DNA of 64,000 nucleotides from Blepharisma stoltei ATCC 30299 (Eukaryota; Protista; Ciliophora): NCBI GenBank assembly GCA_965603825.1, contig CBFDEM010000040.1, positions 620,001 to 684,000 of the forward strand, read 5' to 3'. Shown piece by piece: positions 62,798 to 64,000 of this stretch (position 1 is its first letter; each line of letters starts with the position of its first letter). The notes under the pieces were generated by a model. It saw only the letters and a program-made list of their open reading frames with translations, ran no database searches and was not told where the DNA came from. The position numbers and the translations under genes were made by a program.

Positions 62798-63225
62798 ATA
62801 GTTTTTGGTGATAAGGATTTAAATGGTGAAATATGATAAAGATCAGAAATGAAGCCAATATGAAAAGAGATAAATTTTTAAATTTTCAGAGATAGTCCCC
62901 TGATAAGGCAAATTAATGGGCTAAGAAAGTATGAAAAGGCGTCTTGGGATAAAATATTGAATATAAGATTATGTAATTGCTTTAGAAATATCATTAATCA
63001 ATGGAATTTTAATATTAATAATATTTTTGATTTTTAAATTATGCAGGGGATTATTTATTTTAAACTTTATGATGTAGGTGTAATAAATTTTGAATACATA
63101 AAGAAATAAGAATAGCTTTCTAAATATTTTTTACAATAAAAATTATATTTATTGGGTAATCATAAAGGAAATATTTTCAAAAAATCATTATTAAGGAAAA
63201 GTTTAATTTATGTATTATATGATAA

Positions 63226-64000
63226 CTAGCCCCATCGGTTAGCCCTTGTCATAAAGCTTGCTATATCACAGCCAGATTTAAACGAAACTCTAAACTGGCA
63301 AGGAGTAAGTGAAGTATACTGTATCGGCAAAGATTTAAGCTGCTGCAAAGAATTTTCTTGATGATAAAGTGAAACATTAGGTGTGAGATGTATAATAGAA
63401 TTACTATTTGATATTGAGCCACTCATAAGCGATCCTTTAGATTTGCTCATATTATGAAGCTCTTTAGCTTTCAAATTATGAAGATGATGAGGCACGCGAG
63501 AATAAATAACAGGCGAAAACGTGCATTCCTCAACTCCTTTTTCCTCTTTCGCTTTTATCATTTTATTAACTTTTTGATGTTTTTCTTTTGCTCAGCTGTT
63601 ACTTCTTTCCAAAACTGATAAATTAAGCAAACTTTTTGATTGAGATTTTTCTTTTCTTGAATGCACTGAAGCAGATCGGGTGGATGTTGAAGGCGTTTTT
63701 GGAATCTTTTTTATAGTTTTCTTAGGCTTAGGCTCAGGTGTTTTTGCAATCTGATGGCTTGTAAACTGTTTTTCAATTGATTCGTTAAAAGGGGTCGTTT
63801 TGAATGTTGGGCTACTCATGTTATTTGATTCAGGGCTTGCTTCTGTTGGGGAAATATAGATCGGAGAGCACTCTTGTGAAGATCTAAAAGGCGATCTCTG
63901 TTCAATTACCTCACTCTTTATATCTGATATAATAGACTTCGAAATATTTACAAATAAATCCCCAAATAATTTTTGTTCAGCTTTTTTGGCTAATTCTTGG
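63226..64000 (-). CDS. Hypothetical protein, 5' end outside window (ECTFSP motif)
   Basis: The frame is open from 63999 to TAG 63226 with TGA 63592 read as Trp. Confidence 0.7.

Noticed and set aside
1-64000. Telomeric repeats, CRISPR arrays, rRNA or tRNA genes
   Set aside because: None recognised by eye. A small RNA gene in the AT-rich spacers cannot be excluded without tRNAscan-SE or Infernal.

Overview
AT-rich, gene-dense eukaryotic DNA, most consistent with the macronuclear genome of a heterotrich ciliate of the Blepharisma type. UGA is read as Trp (e.g. DHHCP[TGA], I[TGA]DT, the HMG-box Trp), UAA/UAG are stops, and introns are 15-16 nt GT...AG with an invariant A at position 10. The supplied ORF track (UGA = stop) therefore fragments or misses many genes. 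Left to right: an LRR gene (partial); two tandem ~2,620-aa Cys-rich/LamG-like multi-TM surface proteins; DHHC palmitoyltransferase; radial spoke head RSPH4/6; two unknown genes; a ~2.15-kb tandem duplication with decayed and intact Rab5-like and Cdc14 copies; two small paralogues; a DegT-type PLP aminotransferase; a 72-aa TM micro-protein; UMP-CMP kinase; an EF-hand/EML5-6-like WD40 giant; a coiled-coil gene. Next comes a ~19-kb accessory array (39.9-59.0 kb) of four intronless, bacterial-type genes with the architecture [inactive CE-clan/Ulp1-like protease fold]-[AAA-ATPase-like]-[PD-(D/E)XK nuclease]-[basic NLS-like tail]. One copy is intact (1071 aa), three are decayed, and there is an isolated nuclease-core fragment. 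They are interleaved with two intact but degenerate Rab-like genes, an HMG-box gene and PACRG-like remnants. The window ends with PACRG-like, coiled-coil, PDI, a tiny HEXIM-motif protein and a partial gene. The ATPase-nuclease array is the best candidate for an undescribed (selfish/toxin-like or defence) system. All calls come from manual translation and motif recognition; no database searches were run.
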